In this document: positions 37,922 to 49,836 of the stretch, piece by piece
Position numbering within the stretch: position 1 is the first letter of the stretch
Layout of the letters: every line of letters begins with the position of its first letter
NCBI GenBank assembly: GCA_026023565.1
Contig: JAPETS010000029.1
Location: 186,001-250,000, forward strand
Reading direction: 5' to 3'
DNA length: 64,000 bases
Origin: Cirrosporium novae-zelandiae
Lineage: Eukaryota
Program-made: the position numbers and the translations under genes
Notes under the pieces: generated by a model
Told to the model about the DNA's origin: nothing
What the model saw: only the letters and a program-made list of their open reading frames with translations
Databases searched by the model: none

Positions 37922-39535
37922 ATGTCATTCTTTTATTTAATCCGTCAACTGAGCTTGCTATCGCTCTTGCTCTCCTTCCTAAGCACAAGCTGGCTTTATT
38001 TATATCCCGTCTTCCATGGCTGTTCATTTCCTTCTCCTCGAGTGTCTCATACTACCTCCTACCTAGATACTGTCAAGCAGCATTTAGGACTTGATCCCAA
38101 GCGAGAATACCATGCCGCCCCTTTCCGATTACTCGCTCTCGGTGATCCTCAGCTAGAGGGTGATACCTCTCTTCGACCGCCGCCCCCTATTCGCTCGAGA
38201 TGGGAAGAACTCAAGCAACAAGATCCAAAGAATATAATCAACGAAATCCTTTACAACGATATTCCTTCCCACCTAAAATATTATCGAAAGTACATTGATT
38301 TGATAGGAAATGATTATTATTTGGGACACATTTATCGCACATTGCATTGGTGGACGAACCCGACACACGTTTCTGTGCTTGGAGATCTTCTTGGTAGCCA
38401 GTGGATATCAAATGAAGAGTTTGCAAGAAGGGGATGGAGATACTGGAATCGAGTGTTCAAAAACGGACTGAGAGTTGATGATGAAATAACAAAACAACCG
38501 TCGGTAGAGGACCTTGGAGCTGACCCGGCATGGGAAAGGCGAATAATTAATATCGTTGGGAACCATGATATTGGCTATGCGGGAGACATGACCAAGGAGA
38601 GAATGGAGAGATTCCATCGAGCCTTTGGAAGAGACAATTGGGAAATTTCATTTCGATACAACACTTCCAAGGGTCTCGATCCGGTTCCCCGACTTCGTAT
38701 CATTGTCGTCAATGACCTCAATCTTGACGGGCCTGCAATAGACAAGGATCTCCAAGCCGCGACATATGAGTTCATCAATGGCGCCCTGTCAAGATCGCAA
38801 ATGGTGGAAGATCGATCTGTTGGGACAATACTCCTAACCCACGTGCCTTTGTACAAGGAAGCTGGCGTCTGTGTCGATGGACCATTCTTCACCTTCCATG
38901 AACAACAGTTTGGTGGTGGTGTAAGGGAGCAGAATCATCTCAGTTACGATTCCAGCAGACAGCTTTTAGAAGAACTCTTCGGGCTAAGTGCGAACCCCAA
39001 AGCCCCCGGTGGAGGTCTAGGCCGAAAAGGCATAATAATCAACGGACATGACCACGAGGGTTGCGATACCTACCACCATATTCCATCGGAATCTAGGCAA
39101 GACGAGAGACCCTGGAAAGCGCGACGATGGGAGAGCTCCAAAGACCTAGTCAACTCCACGATCGCAGGAATTCGAGAGATCACCCTCCGAGCCATGATGG
39201 GAGACTATGACGGCTTCGCTGGTCTTCTCACCGCCTGGTTCGATGAACCGTCAGGCGAATGGAAATTTGATTTCTCATCATGCTCCTTGGGGAAAACGCC
39301 TCTTTGGTGGGCTGTCCATGTCACCGGCCTCATCACAGTGGTTTTGAATACATTATGGACTATATGTTGGCTATCGAGCTCTTCATCAGCCGCTGGTAAA
39401 AGCACACAAGCACCTAAACAACAACAAAAAATTGACGAGAAAAACGGAAACGCAAAGACAATGAATGGAAAGACAAAACAGAAACGACGTGTACAGGGAA
39501 GAAGTGTGGATAAGAATAACAGACGGAAAGCATAG
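37922..39535 (+). CDS. TED1: Ted1-like ER metallophosphoesterase (GPI-glycan remodelling)
   Basis: LALGDPQLEGD, GDLLGSQWI, GNHDIGY, LLTHVPL, NGHDHEGC and REITLRAMMG, with N- and C-terminal hydrophobic segments. Start taken at ATG 37922. Confidence 0.85.
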   Translation: MSFFYLIRQLSLLSLLLSFLSTSWLYLYPVFHGCSFPSPRVSHTTSYLDTVKQHLGLDPKREYHAAPFRLLALGDPQLEGDTSLRPPPPIRSRWEELKQQDPKNIINEILYNDIPSHLKYYRKYIDLIGNDYYLGHIYRTLHWWTNPTHVSVLGDLLGSQWISNEEFARRGWRYWNRVFKNGLRVDDEITKQPSVEDLGADPAWERRIINIVGNHDIGYAGDMTKERMERFHRAFGRDNWEISFRYNTSKGLDPVPRLRIIVVNDLNLDGPAIDKDLQAATYEFINGALSRSQMVEDRSVGTILLTHVPLYKEAGVCVDGPFFTFHEQQFGGGVREQNHLSYDSSRQLLEELFGLSANPKAPGGGLGRKGIIINGHDHEGCDTYHHIPSESRQDERPWKARRWESSKDLVNSTIAGIREITLRAMMGDYDGFAGLLTAWFDEPSGEWKFDFSSCSLGKTPLWWAVHVTGLITVVLNTLWTICWLSSSSSAAGKSTQAPKQQQKIDEKNGNAKTMNGKTKQKRRVQGRSVDKNNRRKA

Positions 39536-40101
39536 CATTCATTTATCATTGGAAAAATGTTGTCTATAAGAAGACAAGACGGCTTTGGGTATTCAAATAT
39601 ATATATATGGGTGGAGTGGATAACCCTGAAGCATATATAAACGAGGAAACAAAGTGCGTAGTGAAAGAAAAGGAGCCCGAAGATCTATAAATAGGGCCGT
39701 GATTGATTGAAGAAGAAGAATCGTGCATATAGACCTTGTTTTGAAAAATTTTAACTTGTTAATAGACCAATTTTTTTTTGCATTTTGAAATACCTTTTAC
39801 ATGGGTGGTTCCGGCCTATATCTATCTGCATGCATGGCATTCTGCATTTTATTTTATTTTGTCAGGACATGTCAAATATAAATGGTCGATTTCCATGGTT
39901 GTCAAACTAGGTACTTAACCAAAACCTGATTTTGCTTGAAGAGAAGAGCCTTCCCCAATAATGTGAATTGTTAGATATGTCTTAAAAAAAGCCCCACCAT
40001 GTTGCTAGGTACCTAGGTAGGTAGGCAAATGCTAATAGGCCTAGTCATTTCCAATAACTACAAACCAACCTCCCATGCACCTAAACTCCAAAGTAAACCT
40101 T

Positions 40102-42120
40102 CTACCTCGCCAACCCCTCCTTATACCTCTCCAACGCCCTCTCCCTCCCAAACTTATGCTCAACAACCAACCTGGGATACCCCTCCCTCTCCACCACACT
40201 CCCCTTCCCCCTCCCATACGGATCGTGCACGGCTTTCCCCTCCACCCTCCTCAACTCCGGCACCCACCTCCGAATAAACTCCCCCTCAGCATCAAACCTT
40301 TCCCCCTGCAACACCGGATTAAACACCCGAAAATACGGCTGCGGATCCACTCCCACCGAGGCGCAGAATCCCCATCCACCGTTATTGGAAGCGAAATCCC
40401 CGTCGATGAGATGCTGCATGAAGAATTTTTCGCCGAGACGCCAGTCCAGCAAGAGGTCTTTGGTTAGAAAGGAGGCGACGATCATGCGGCACCGGTTGTG
40501 CATGTACCCGGTGTGCAGGAGTTGGCGCATAGAGGCGTCGACGATGGGGGAACCGGTTTGGCCGGTTTTCCAGGCGTGCAGGTGGTGGGGGGAGTGGTTC
40601 CAGGTTATGTTTGTGTAGGCTGGTTTGAAGGGTTTGTTCATGCTGGTGGAAGAGGGGGGGTTAGTAGGGCTGATGGCTGATGGTTGAGAAGGGGATTTTG
40701 CTTTTTTTTAAAAAAAAAACTGGGAAAGATGAATAGAAGAGAAACGGAGCACGAACCATACATAAGGCCAATAAGCAAGGACATGTCTATAAAAATCCCT
40801 CCACGCGACCTCACTAATCCAGCAAGCGATTCCCCTATCCCCACCATCAAGCTTCTTCGTACTATTCACATCTCTAGCGTACCTAACCGCCGTTCTCGCG
40901 CTCAGCGTCCCCGACGCCAGATGCACGCTCACAACAGCTGTGGAATTCGCGCCGGGAAAATCCCTCATATCCTTATACCCCCGAACTTTCTCATGCAGAA
41001 ATCTTTTCAAGCGAGCATGCGCTTCGTGCTCACCCGCGGGCCACAAGGATCGAAACCTCTTCTGCTCTTCGGCGGAGAGTTTTTTGTTTTCGGGGGCCGG
41101 GGGGATGCGCGATTCGAAGAGGTGTTTGTGGGTTGTGCGGGTGCTAGTGGAGTTTTTGTCTGGGGGTTTGTGGAGGTCTAGGCGGATTGGGTTTGAGTGG
41201 AGGAAGGATAGCCAGGCTCTGAACCAGAGGGAGTAGACTGCGAATTGTTTTCCGGCCTGGGTGTGTAGTTTTCCAGGGGCGACAACGCATGTGTCGGCAA
41301 CGGCACTGAAGGCGATTCCTTTCTCGAGACATTTACGCACTAGAAGTGCTTCTCTCCGAAGCTCGTCCACCTCGTACTCGATGTTCGCGTACACGTGAGC
41401 GGCGCTCCATTGCTCGCAGAGCGCAACTAGGCGGTCTGGAATCGTTTTCCGTTTCTCCACCACCTCTACGTAAAGCGGAATATCCAGCATCCCCAAATCC
41501 TCTTTCAGCACTTCCAACGACCTCAGAATAAAATCCACCCTCGCCGGGCTTGTCAAATGCGCCTCGAAATCCTGCGGACTTACTAAGTACAAGCAAATTA
41601 GCGGCACGTCCTTCTCCTTTGCCTTTTCCGCCGCCATGTGTAGCGCCGTATTATCCTGAATCCTTAAGTCGCATTTGAACCAATGTACCACGGAATCCTT
41701 CACCGTGACTCCCTCACGCTCTTGCGCTGTTTCTGACATGGCTGACTCGAGAACCTCGATGGGTCGCGGGATCTCGTTGTTGTTGTATTGGTGACAGCGC
41801 TCGTTTGTCATTTCTGGAGGATAGAATTTACGCTGCACAATGCCGTCTTCATCTTGTTGGGGAGAGCTTGGAGACTCGGATGTGTCTACATCAGGCCTGC
41901 TGCGTTTGTTTGGAGGGTCGGGGGCTGTAGTCGCTTTACGCTTGGAGGTACTTTGAAACTTTTTAGGAGGCATTTGGAGAAGAGTAGTTGTATGAAAGCG
42001 AGAGGAGGCCAATTGGGGAAATTGGGTCTGAGACAGACGTGAATGATGGATTAAATACTGTCTAGAACTAGAAACTCGTGAAAGGTAAAGTTGAAGATAT
42101 AAATAAATAGTAGTCCTCAT
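40102..42120 (-). CDS. phr1: Class I CPD photolyase
   Basis: VHWFKCDLRIQDN, SVHLASGTLSAR, WISEVAWRDFY, GYMHNRCRMIVASFL, DGDFASNNGGW and PYFRVFNP. Intron 40643-40756. In-frame ATGs at 42120 and 41973. Confidence 0.95.
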
Positions 42121-42297
42121 AAATGGGAATTGAAAAAAAATGGATTCTCTCACAAGTCCACGAGGGCAAGATTATTAGTAATAAAACCAAATAAATATTT
42201 GGCATGAATGGAATGCAAGAACGCGGGAAATGAAACAGTGTAATCATAGTGTAGCCATGCAGCCGACAGGCTACTAAAAGCTCAAAAAGGACCTCAC

Positions 42298-42478
42298 GAT
42301 CGATCGAGATTTCAGAGCAGAGGAAATGGAGTTCAGATCGATGACGTAGTCAACCAAGAAAGTCCAGCCACAAGCGGTTCGAGAACGTCCCCCCTTAAGG
42401 TGATTTTATATATTTGTGCTGAATCGCTCGCTCGATTGCTAGTGTAATCGGGATCGCAGAATAGTCGGTCACGATCGA
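42298..42478. promoter_or_regulatory. Cluster of GATCGA motifs (candidate light-response elements) upstream of the photolyase
   Basis: GATCGA at 42298, 42302, 42336 and 42473, plus GGATCG at 42451 and TGACGT at 42342. Confidence 0.5.
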
Positions 42479-43309
42479 TATGTCTATCCATCTTCATTGC
42501 AGCCTAGGTAGAATGACAATAGTACCACATAGAAAGATGTAAAAAAGATTACTGTAATTCAAATAAGATATTGGACAGTAGGAAGTGTAAGGGGCTTATA
42601 ACCTAACTATTGGAGCAACAGAAGCAAAATACTGAGGATGGATTCTGGAAGTAGAGGCCGACTACCTTGTACAGCACATGTATATAGAACCTAAGTGCAC
42701 AGGCCTCCTAGGTGGTTACTTGATAAGCTAGGTCCTAGGGCACTGCAACAGTACAAAGAGTGATAAACATATAGATAATTATATAAACTAAATAGTTCTT
42801 TGGAAAATAATTAGGTGGATTATTGTGCTGTTTAGGGCGTGCATGGATAGGATGAATTGAGTAAATCAAGCTTTAAGTTTCAACTCTCAAGTCTAGACAG
42901 ATTTGAAAAAAATAAGACGGGTTTGGGGACATGGATACTATATGTGCAGATAAATGGATTGAACAGAATAAATTCTTAGTTTTAGTCTAACAAGAGAGAA
43001 TACGAAAGTAGAAGAGAATAGAATACTCTACCCGAATCCCCCCATCACCACACGCTTATTCCTGTTTCTTGTTTGATTCAACTAACAAACCTAATACTTG
43101 TAACAACTTAACAACACCCCTATCCCATATGATATGGATGTATCAGTCGGTCCAGCCCTTTCAGCCGTCCATCAAAACACCTGAATCCGCCGCTGCTCCT
43201 GTTTACATATGTTGTGCCGTGCCGATCAATAGATCCATGCATTTGGCATAAAGAAGGCAAAAAAAACACACATCCTTCCCCCCTTAAAGAATAATTAAAT
43301 CAAGGTTAA

Positions 43310-46162
43310 CTAAGGCTTCAATAAATTAATAAACACTGTGAATCTTTCCATTTCGATATCTCCCCCCGTCCTGGGAACCCCCCTCAGTGGTCCAGCCACT
43401 GCCTCAATTTCCAATTTATTGACTCCTGTCTCGATTCTGTTCTCGTAGACGCTCTGGCCCTGAGTGGGAGCCTGACTTTCTGCCCTACCATTGTTATTGC
43501 CACCGGGGATACTGGCTGGATGTAATGATGGGTTCAACCTTTTGACTCCCATGTTGGGTCCGGTTAGACTGACAAAGAGTTTTGATTGGCGGTTCTGGAG
43601 AGATGGTGCGATGTCGAGGAATATTTGAATGTAGTAGTGGGTGTGTGGGACGGTTATTGTGATGGACTGTTGAGAGAGGGTGGGGTGTGCTGGGATGTTG
43701 AGATGGAATGCACGTTTAAGAGAAAGGCCGGGGTGACTGCGGATGGTCACGTTTCGGATGAGTGCATGGGATAGGTCTTTGCCTGGTAGGCGGAAACGGG
43801 TCTCGAATGGAGATATCGTTGGGCGTACGTTGTGATTGGATGGCTGGCTTTGTGGTTGGGGGCTACTACTAGGTATACGGGGTGTGGTAGTACTTGGAGG
43901 AGGCATCACAGCTGTATCTGCTGGTTGGCTAGTCCCTTTACCTTCTTGAGAGCTTTGGCTTTCACTTCTTTTTTGCTGTGCGGCGGTGGTGTTTGGATCT
44001 TGATTCGGCACCGCTTCAGATTTAACAGCATCGGTAGGAGATGTAGCAGATTCGTTCTGTTGGCTATCATGAGATGGACGACGGAAAGCAGGCACGGGCA
44101 TTGTAGTTGGCGTAGATTGCGAGCCCCCAAAGGGATTTCGAGAACTTGGACGACTACTGGAGGTTTCCGTCGCAAGTCCGTTCGTCCCTGCTTTCACAAG
44201 TTCTTGCTGTCTTCGGAGAGCTTCTTGGTCAACACCTATATCAGGATTTGCTGAGGGCTTGGGCGTTGATGCAGGACTCGCTTTTTGACCCACCCAGAGC
44301 TTTATCTTTTGTTTTAAAGGCTCAGGTGATTTGGCATTTCCCATCTTAAGGTTGATACGAGGAGTAGGCTCAGCAGGAGGATCAGGTACGAATTTTTTAG
44401 CCTCAGAGACTCGCTTCTGGAAATAGGCCTAAGGTAATGGTTAGACCTACATGTGATATATGTTTGAGTGAACACCAACCTCTAATTTGCCGACCAGCTC
44501 TACAATTTCCGAGCCTGCTTCATTGAATTCCCTTGCATTCTTCCATATGAAGCTAATCTCGTGCTCAAAGGCTTGCCATGTCCTAAGTTGTGTTATTCCG
44601 CTCGGACGGCCTCTACCAACGCCTGATCCACCTTGGACCTTCTTTTTCATCTCTCTTATAGACATGGGATACTTTATGGATTCATAATAGCCAGGGATCG
44701 ATTTAGAAGGCAGGTTGCGGAAGAATTGAGATACATCTCGCCCGCTGTTTTGATTAGCCTTAGATCAGGCTTCAAGAAAGCAATCAATACACTTACCTGG
44801 CATCTCTTAAGTAGAACATCTCATCTATTATCTTTTCTTGTGCTGCTTGAAAAGAATCTCCTTTGAAGCTGGTCCCAGCAGAGGTGACTTCAGATGATAC
44901 TCCTTCCGCAGTATATCTATTAGCAGAAAGCTTCAAGGAGACGTGATGAGAGGGAAGACTTGGTGAACGACCATTGACAGGCTTCCCTGCATCAAGATCT
45001 TCTTCACCCTCAGCATCGGCATCATCACCATCGACGTCACCTTCTCCGTCTTCTGTTTTACTTCGGTCGGGAATAGGTGTAGGTATGGCAGAATATGAAG
45101 GATCCTTATATGCTGGATTGTAATAGGGCATTCTATTCGATATTGTTTTCCGGAGACGCTCTGCATCGGCATATATTAAGGAATTTTTCTCATTGAATGA
45201 CTTTGCATTGCTGATCATTCGTTTCAAATCGCTTTCAAAAGCTGACATGGAAGGGTATTCCAATTTGTCCAATTTGGCCTGTAGGAATAGCCACATTGTT
45301 AGAATCAACTCCTAAACAGAAAGGTGGCGGCGTAATGATGAAAGAGTAAATGGTGGCATTATCTGGGAATCTTTCTAGTTCGAGGAACAGGCGTGTTGTA
45401 TTGAATCGACCGCAGAAAGCCACATACCTCGATTGTGTCAATTGCAATTGGAAGCCGAATTGCTTCATAGTATTGAGGTAATAAAGACTACCAAAACTCC
45501 ATCAGTATGCGGAAAATCAAGCGATATTATTCACTATTCTACCTTATCTGGAAGTGTAAGGAAATCTGGTACGACGGAGCGACCGCTATAGTATCACAGG
45601 CTATGTTAGCAATTGACCTTATGGCTGGTAGAAGTTTACATCCAAAGATGTTAATTCACCAAGGAGTTGGATGCAATGCATCAAAAGAAGGCCTACTGTT
45701 TATCTTTGGTAGCTTTGAAATCCTTCTCCAAGAACTCTCGGGCTGTCTGTGCCACCCATTCTGGAGTTTCTGTGGCAGGAAATTCGTCTTCCTGAAGATT
45801 GAAGAAAGGTCATGTCAGTCATGGTGGGCTTTTGGGAGCAAATGGGCGGTTTGCGCGCTCAAAGGGTTCAAGGTAGTTTCAAAGTTGGGCGAAATGCGAG
45901 TGAAGCGCATCAAGAGGGTCGAGGGGGCTAGGAGTCATTGCCTTAAAGATCGTGGTCGCGGCTCATCCTGGCTGGTGAACTTTCTTCTACAAACAACCAA
46001 CTTCCTCCTCAACCTTTCACACCACTCCCCTCATGCAAATACAATGCACCCACGAAACTGAACATCAACAGGTAGGAAACTCACAGGAAATCGTCTTCGC
46101 TTTGAAGCTGATGCCGGCGAATCAGGTGAAGCTGCAATGGTCGCTTTGCGCTTTGTACTCAT
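43310..46162 (-). CDS. Tandem-bromodomain chromatin protein (RSC complex Rsc4/polybromo-like)
   Basis: Exon 1 MSTKRKAT...KRRRFP (46162-46085). Bromodomain 1 is FLTLPDK/PQYYEAIRLPIAIDTIE/AKLDKLEY...MISNAKSFN; bromodomain 2 is YPMSIR...IWKNAREFNEAGS. Several GT-AG introns, the first at 45792-46084. Confidence 0.85.
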
Positions 46163-46773
46163 TTTCGGTGTTCACGACGTCGCATCCACCTCCAGTCGAT
46201 TCGTCAGAAAAAAGATGATATCTTAACACGACCCGATAGCTAAACTTGAATCTCAACAAGACTTTGGAAGAAGCCTCTTCTAATTTGCAGTTGATGATGG
46301 GCGCGTCGTAGGTGTGGATATTCCGCCGAACGGGTGGGATGGTCGAATCTGGGGATCTGTACAGGTGCTACCTGGGGGTTTTTAGGTGTCGAAAGCTGCA
46401 AGGAACTACTTAGCAGACTACCGCAAACTGTAGAACACTTATGAAGTCCTATGAATGGTTTCGGATATAAGAGTTATGGTGAGGAATTATTATTGATCAA
46501 TAAATCAATATAAATCACTTCTTTCTCTCTAAGATACCATTATCGCAATGGACGAATCGCGAATCGAGTACGAGTACACACTTACCGTGATCTGCTTCGG
46601 TATTGTGTATGGTATTTGCTGGTTGGTTTTGGCGGAAAAACCCTTGTTCCAGCTGTTCCTACTTACCATGTATTATTATCCCCTGTGTTTTCGTATTCAC
46701 GTGATATATGTTGTATTGTGTCAATTAACCTTGGCTACTCGATAAATTACATGTAATTAATTACCTTAATTAC

Positions 46774-46945
46774 CACGCGGGTCCCAAAATAAGCCGGACT
46801 TACAAATTCTTTTTTTACTTCTACTATTATTTTTCCTAGGGAGGCCTTCAAACAAAATTGACTTTTATCTTTTAGGCTTTAAAGAGGCCTTCAAATTATT
46901 ATTGAAAACTGATTTTTGTTTGAAACCGGAGGATGAGTCGCCTGT
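46774..46945. mobile_element. Second, truncated copy of the 27571 MITE family
   Basis: cacgcgggtcccaaaataagccggacttacaa matches the TIR. It is followed by tattatttttcctagggaggccttcaaacaaa and aaactgatttttgttt, matching the internal sequence of copy 1. No intact right TIR found; right boundary approximate. Confidence 0.75.
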
Positions 46946-47788
46946 TTGAATAATTATGTATTCGCTTAATTTCTCAATATCGTGATTGCACATTCAAACA
47001 TACGACTCACCTTCACCTTCCGAAAAATTATTATAACTGCTATGTTGTTGCCTTTCCTATTAATTGTAACTACCATATTAGAATTGATTTTGAGCACAGG
47101 GCGTTTTGGAGGAGTATATAACTAGCACCTCTTCCTCTATAAATCTACATCCTTTTTACTGTACATCACACTTTTAATCCCCAACACAAATAGTCAAGAT
47201 CCTCTTACTTACCTAAACTGTCCTAAAAATACGGTACCGCGGCAACTTCCACCCGCGCTATGTACATGTACAGTACCTACATACCATACAGTGCATACAC
47301 AATAATTACCAGAAACCTACCACCATCAATAATAGACCCAGCAATAGGTCAACCATCAGAAGTTCTTCATCCCGCAGTGAATAGTTACACTTGCCCAAAA
47401 ACCAAATTTCTATTCACTTTGCTCTTCTAATTTCAATTCACCCGTATTGCTCCTACAGCCTTTTCTATCACTTGAATCAATTTGACTCGCTCAATTTTAA
47501 ATTTCCCCTCCACCTCTATTCTACCCCCAACCTCTTCGTACTCATCCCGCTTCGTCCTTACTGTCGCACTTACTCCCCCCACCTCGTACGCTGAATCAGT
47601 CATTTTCAACATTCTACTCCTTACACTACCTGAAAATCATTTATCTTGGGTTAAACGTCTTTCTTCTGTTAGCCGTCACCGCGCAATCTAGGCGACAGTT
47701 CTTGGTCCTTTACGACCACTTCGCGCAGTGAGCTTATCGGGCTCCTAAAACATTCTTAAGCTTTCTTGACCACAACACATTTGCAACC

Positions 47789-48418
47789 ATGGTTGAAATT
47801 GATATCGATGTGTCTCGACGTAACAAGAGACCACGCATGCTGTCCGAACCCGAGAGAGAACGACTGGACGAATTCATTGATTCCATACACTATTCTGCCA
47901 GGTGGGCCAGTTTTCCCCTACTCAGAAGAAAGCCACAGCTGTCGCACAATTTTCCTGAACAAGTGACGGCTAAAGTGCCTTGAATATATTAATTTTTTTG
48001 CGAGAGTTCATTTCCGGTCGTTGCTCGCTTCTTGACGAAACTTGTCATATAGAAATACTAACATGCTGAAATAGATACTCGGATGACGAATTCGAATATC
48101 GCCATGTACAGCTCCCAAAGGCTATGCTGAAAAACATACCCAAAGACTATTTCGATCCTGTCAAGGGAACACTAAAGTTGCTGTGGGAAGAAGAATGGAG
48201 AGGGCTTGGGATAACACAGGTCAGATTTTGAAATGTATGAAGTTTCGAAGCTTGTTGCTGACTGTTTTGAATAGAGCTTAGGATGGGAGCATTACGAAGT
48301 TCATGAACCTGAACCACATATTCTCCTCTTCAAGTAAGAATCCTCGTCCGATGACACGTCACAGCAAGTCTAATACCCTAGCAGGCGTCCAATCAACTAC
48401 CAACCTCCTCAACAATGA
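47789..48418 (+). CDS. CKS1: Cyclin-dependent kinase regulatory subunit Cks1/Suc1
   Basis: [21 protein letters not shown]...[36 protein letters not shown]. Exons 47789-47901, 48075-48219, 48275-48333 and 48385-48418. Confidence 0.96.
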
Positions 48419-48777
48419 ATGTCGACCCGGTTGATGTCTACTCGAGTCACGACTTGATTCTTAATTGATTCTCCACCTCATTCATCTCGACTTCCGAGAG
48501 GCAATCACGAAACTACGTGTTATGCCTGGACAGAGCGGGGACCAAATGTAATTAGCCCTCATTCTCCGATCAACTTTCTACTACTATTGAACAAGGAAAA
48601 TGTGGGAAGAACAAGGGCATTTGCGTGGAGTTCATCTTTGCGGCCGCTCTCTTTGTTTGTATGGAGGTCATAGTGATGCAATCTCTCTTACTGCGATCAA
48701 GCATGAGAACGGTAATTGCGGTGGAATTATTGAAGCCGAAAATGAGCTTTTGGGGGCGATGTAGGTATCAATAAAAA

Positions 48778-49697
48778 TTAGATGACATTCTTCTGAAGCC
48801 ATTCCTCCCATTGTTCTGCGGTCCAGCCGCTACTGATGCTCTTCTCTTCGACCCCCTATAATTTCGTCAGTTTAAATAAGCAGCGAGCTTTTTGGGACTT
48901 TGAACATCTTACATCAAAAAAGACAGTTGGAGAAACATGTACACTCATCGCCCTGGCCGCCTTGATCAAAAACTTCAAGTCATCAGTGACCTTATTCCCA
49001 ACATTCAAAGTCCCCCCATCCCCAGGCTTATCCGGAACCTCCAACAACCCAAAGATGTCCTCCTCGCTCACTCCCACCGACTCTTTTGCCAACATCGCCA
49101 ACCTCCTATATGTGTCATTCCTACTCTCCCTCACCACATTGACATCAAAATACTCGGTCTGGTGCTCAAACAGGGCGGCGCTGTACTCCCAGAACTTTTC
49201 GGAGGCTATCCTCTGCACGGCAACCCCAGATTCGTGGGCTAGAATGCTGGACGGATGCCAGGGTTGGATTTGGTGACGGAAGATGACGGAAAGGTTTTGG
49301 GATTGCTTTTTGGATATCTTGGGTAGGACGGACGTGAAGAGTGTCTTGAAGAGTTTGGCGGAGTACTAATGGGTGACGAAGGGATGGGTTAGCTGGGTGG
49401 TGTTTGTGGTGGTGAAGGGGGGAGGCAAGTAGGTTAGTTGCTAAGAAACTAGGAAGGGATATGTACAGGGCAGACGTAGTCGAGATCTAGGATTGGGTTG
49501 ATTGAGAGGTTAGCAATTATACATTGTAGAGATGTGTCAATATGGATGATGAGGTTAAACAATAGATAGATAGATGAATAGATGGACATACAAATCTCGA
49601 GCGTATGAACAACGGGCGGAGACGGGGACGCTGCTCCTGCTCCTGCAGCATCCGCAGCCATGAACTTTTGCCCGGAGAATTTAGGTGCCAGAGCCAT
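48778..49697 (-). CDS. DsbA-like thioredoxin-fold protein
   Basis: MALAPKFSG, HTLEI/YLDYVCP/YSAKLF, IFRHQIQPWHPSS, cis-Pro-type VHVSPTVFFD/GVE, ISSGWTAEQWEEWL*. Four exons. Confidence 0.85.
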
Positions 49698-49800
49698 TAT
49701 TCTTGCTTGCTTGTTTGTTCCTTGTCTGTTCCTGCGTCCGAACTTAAAAACTTCCCGGATAGATGGTAGATAATTAGAGAAAGATGGGAGGTTTTGAAAT

Positions 49801-49804
<4 letters not shown>

Positions 49805-49832
<28 letters not shown>
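49805..49832. repeat. (AG)14 microsatellite
   Basis: Perfect dinucleotide run just upstream of the DsbA-like gene. Confidence 0.9.

Positions 49833-49836
<4 letters not shown>

Noticed and set aside
45507..46061. 184-aa plus-strand ORF
   Set aside because: It overlaps exons and introns of the minus-strand bromodomain gene and has no recognisable features.
45792..46084. ncRNA in the 293-nt first intron of the bromodomain gene
   Set aside because: Only a diffuse G-rich then C-rich composition; no boxes or long exact stems seen.
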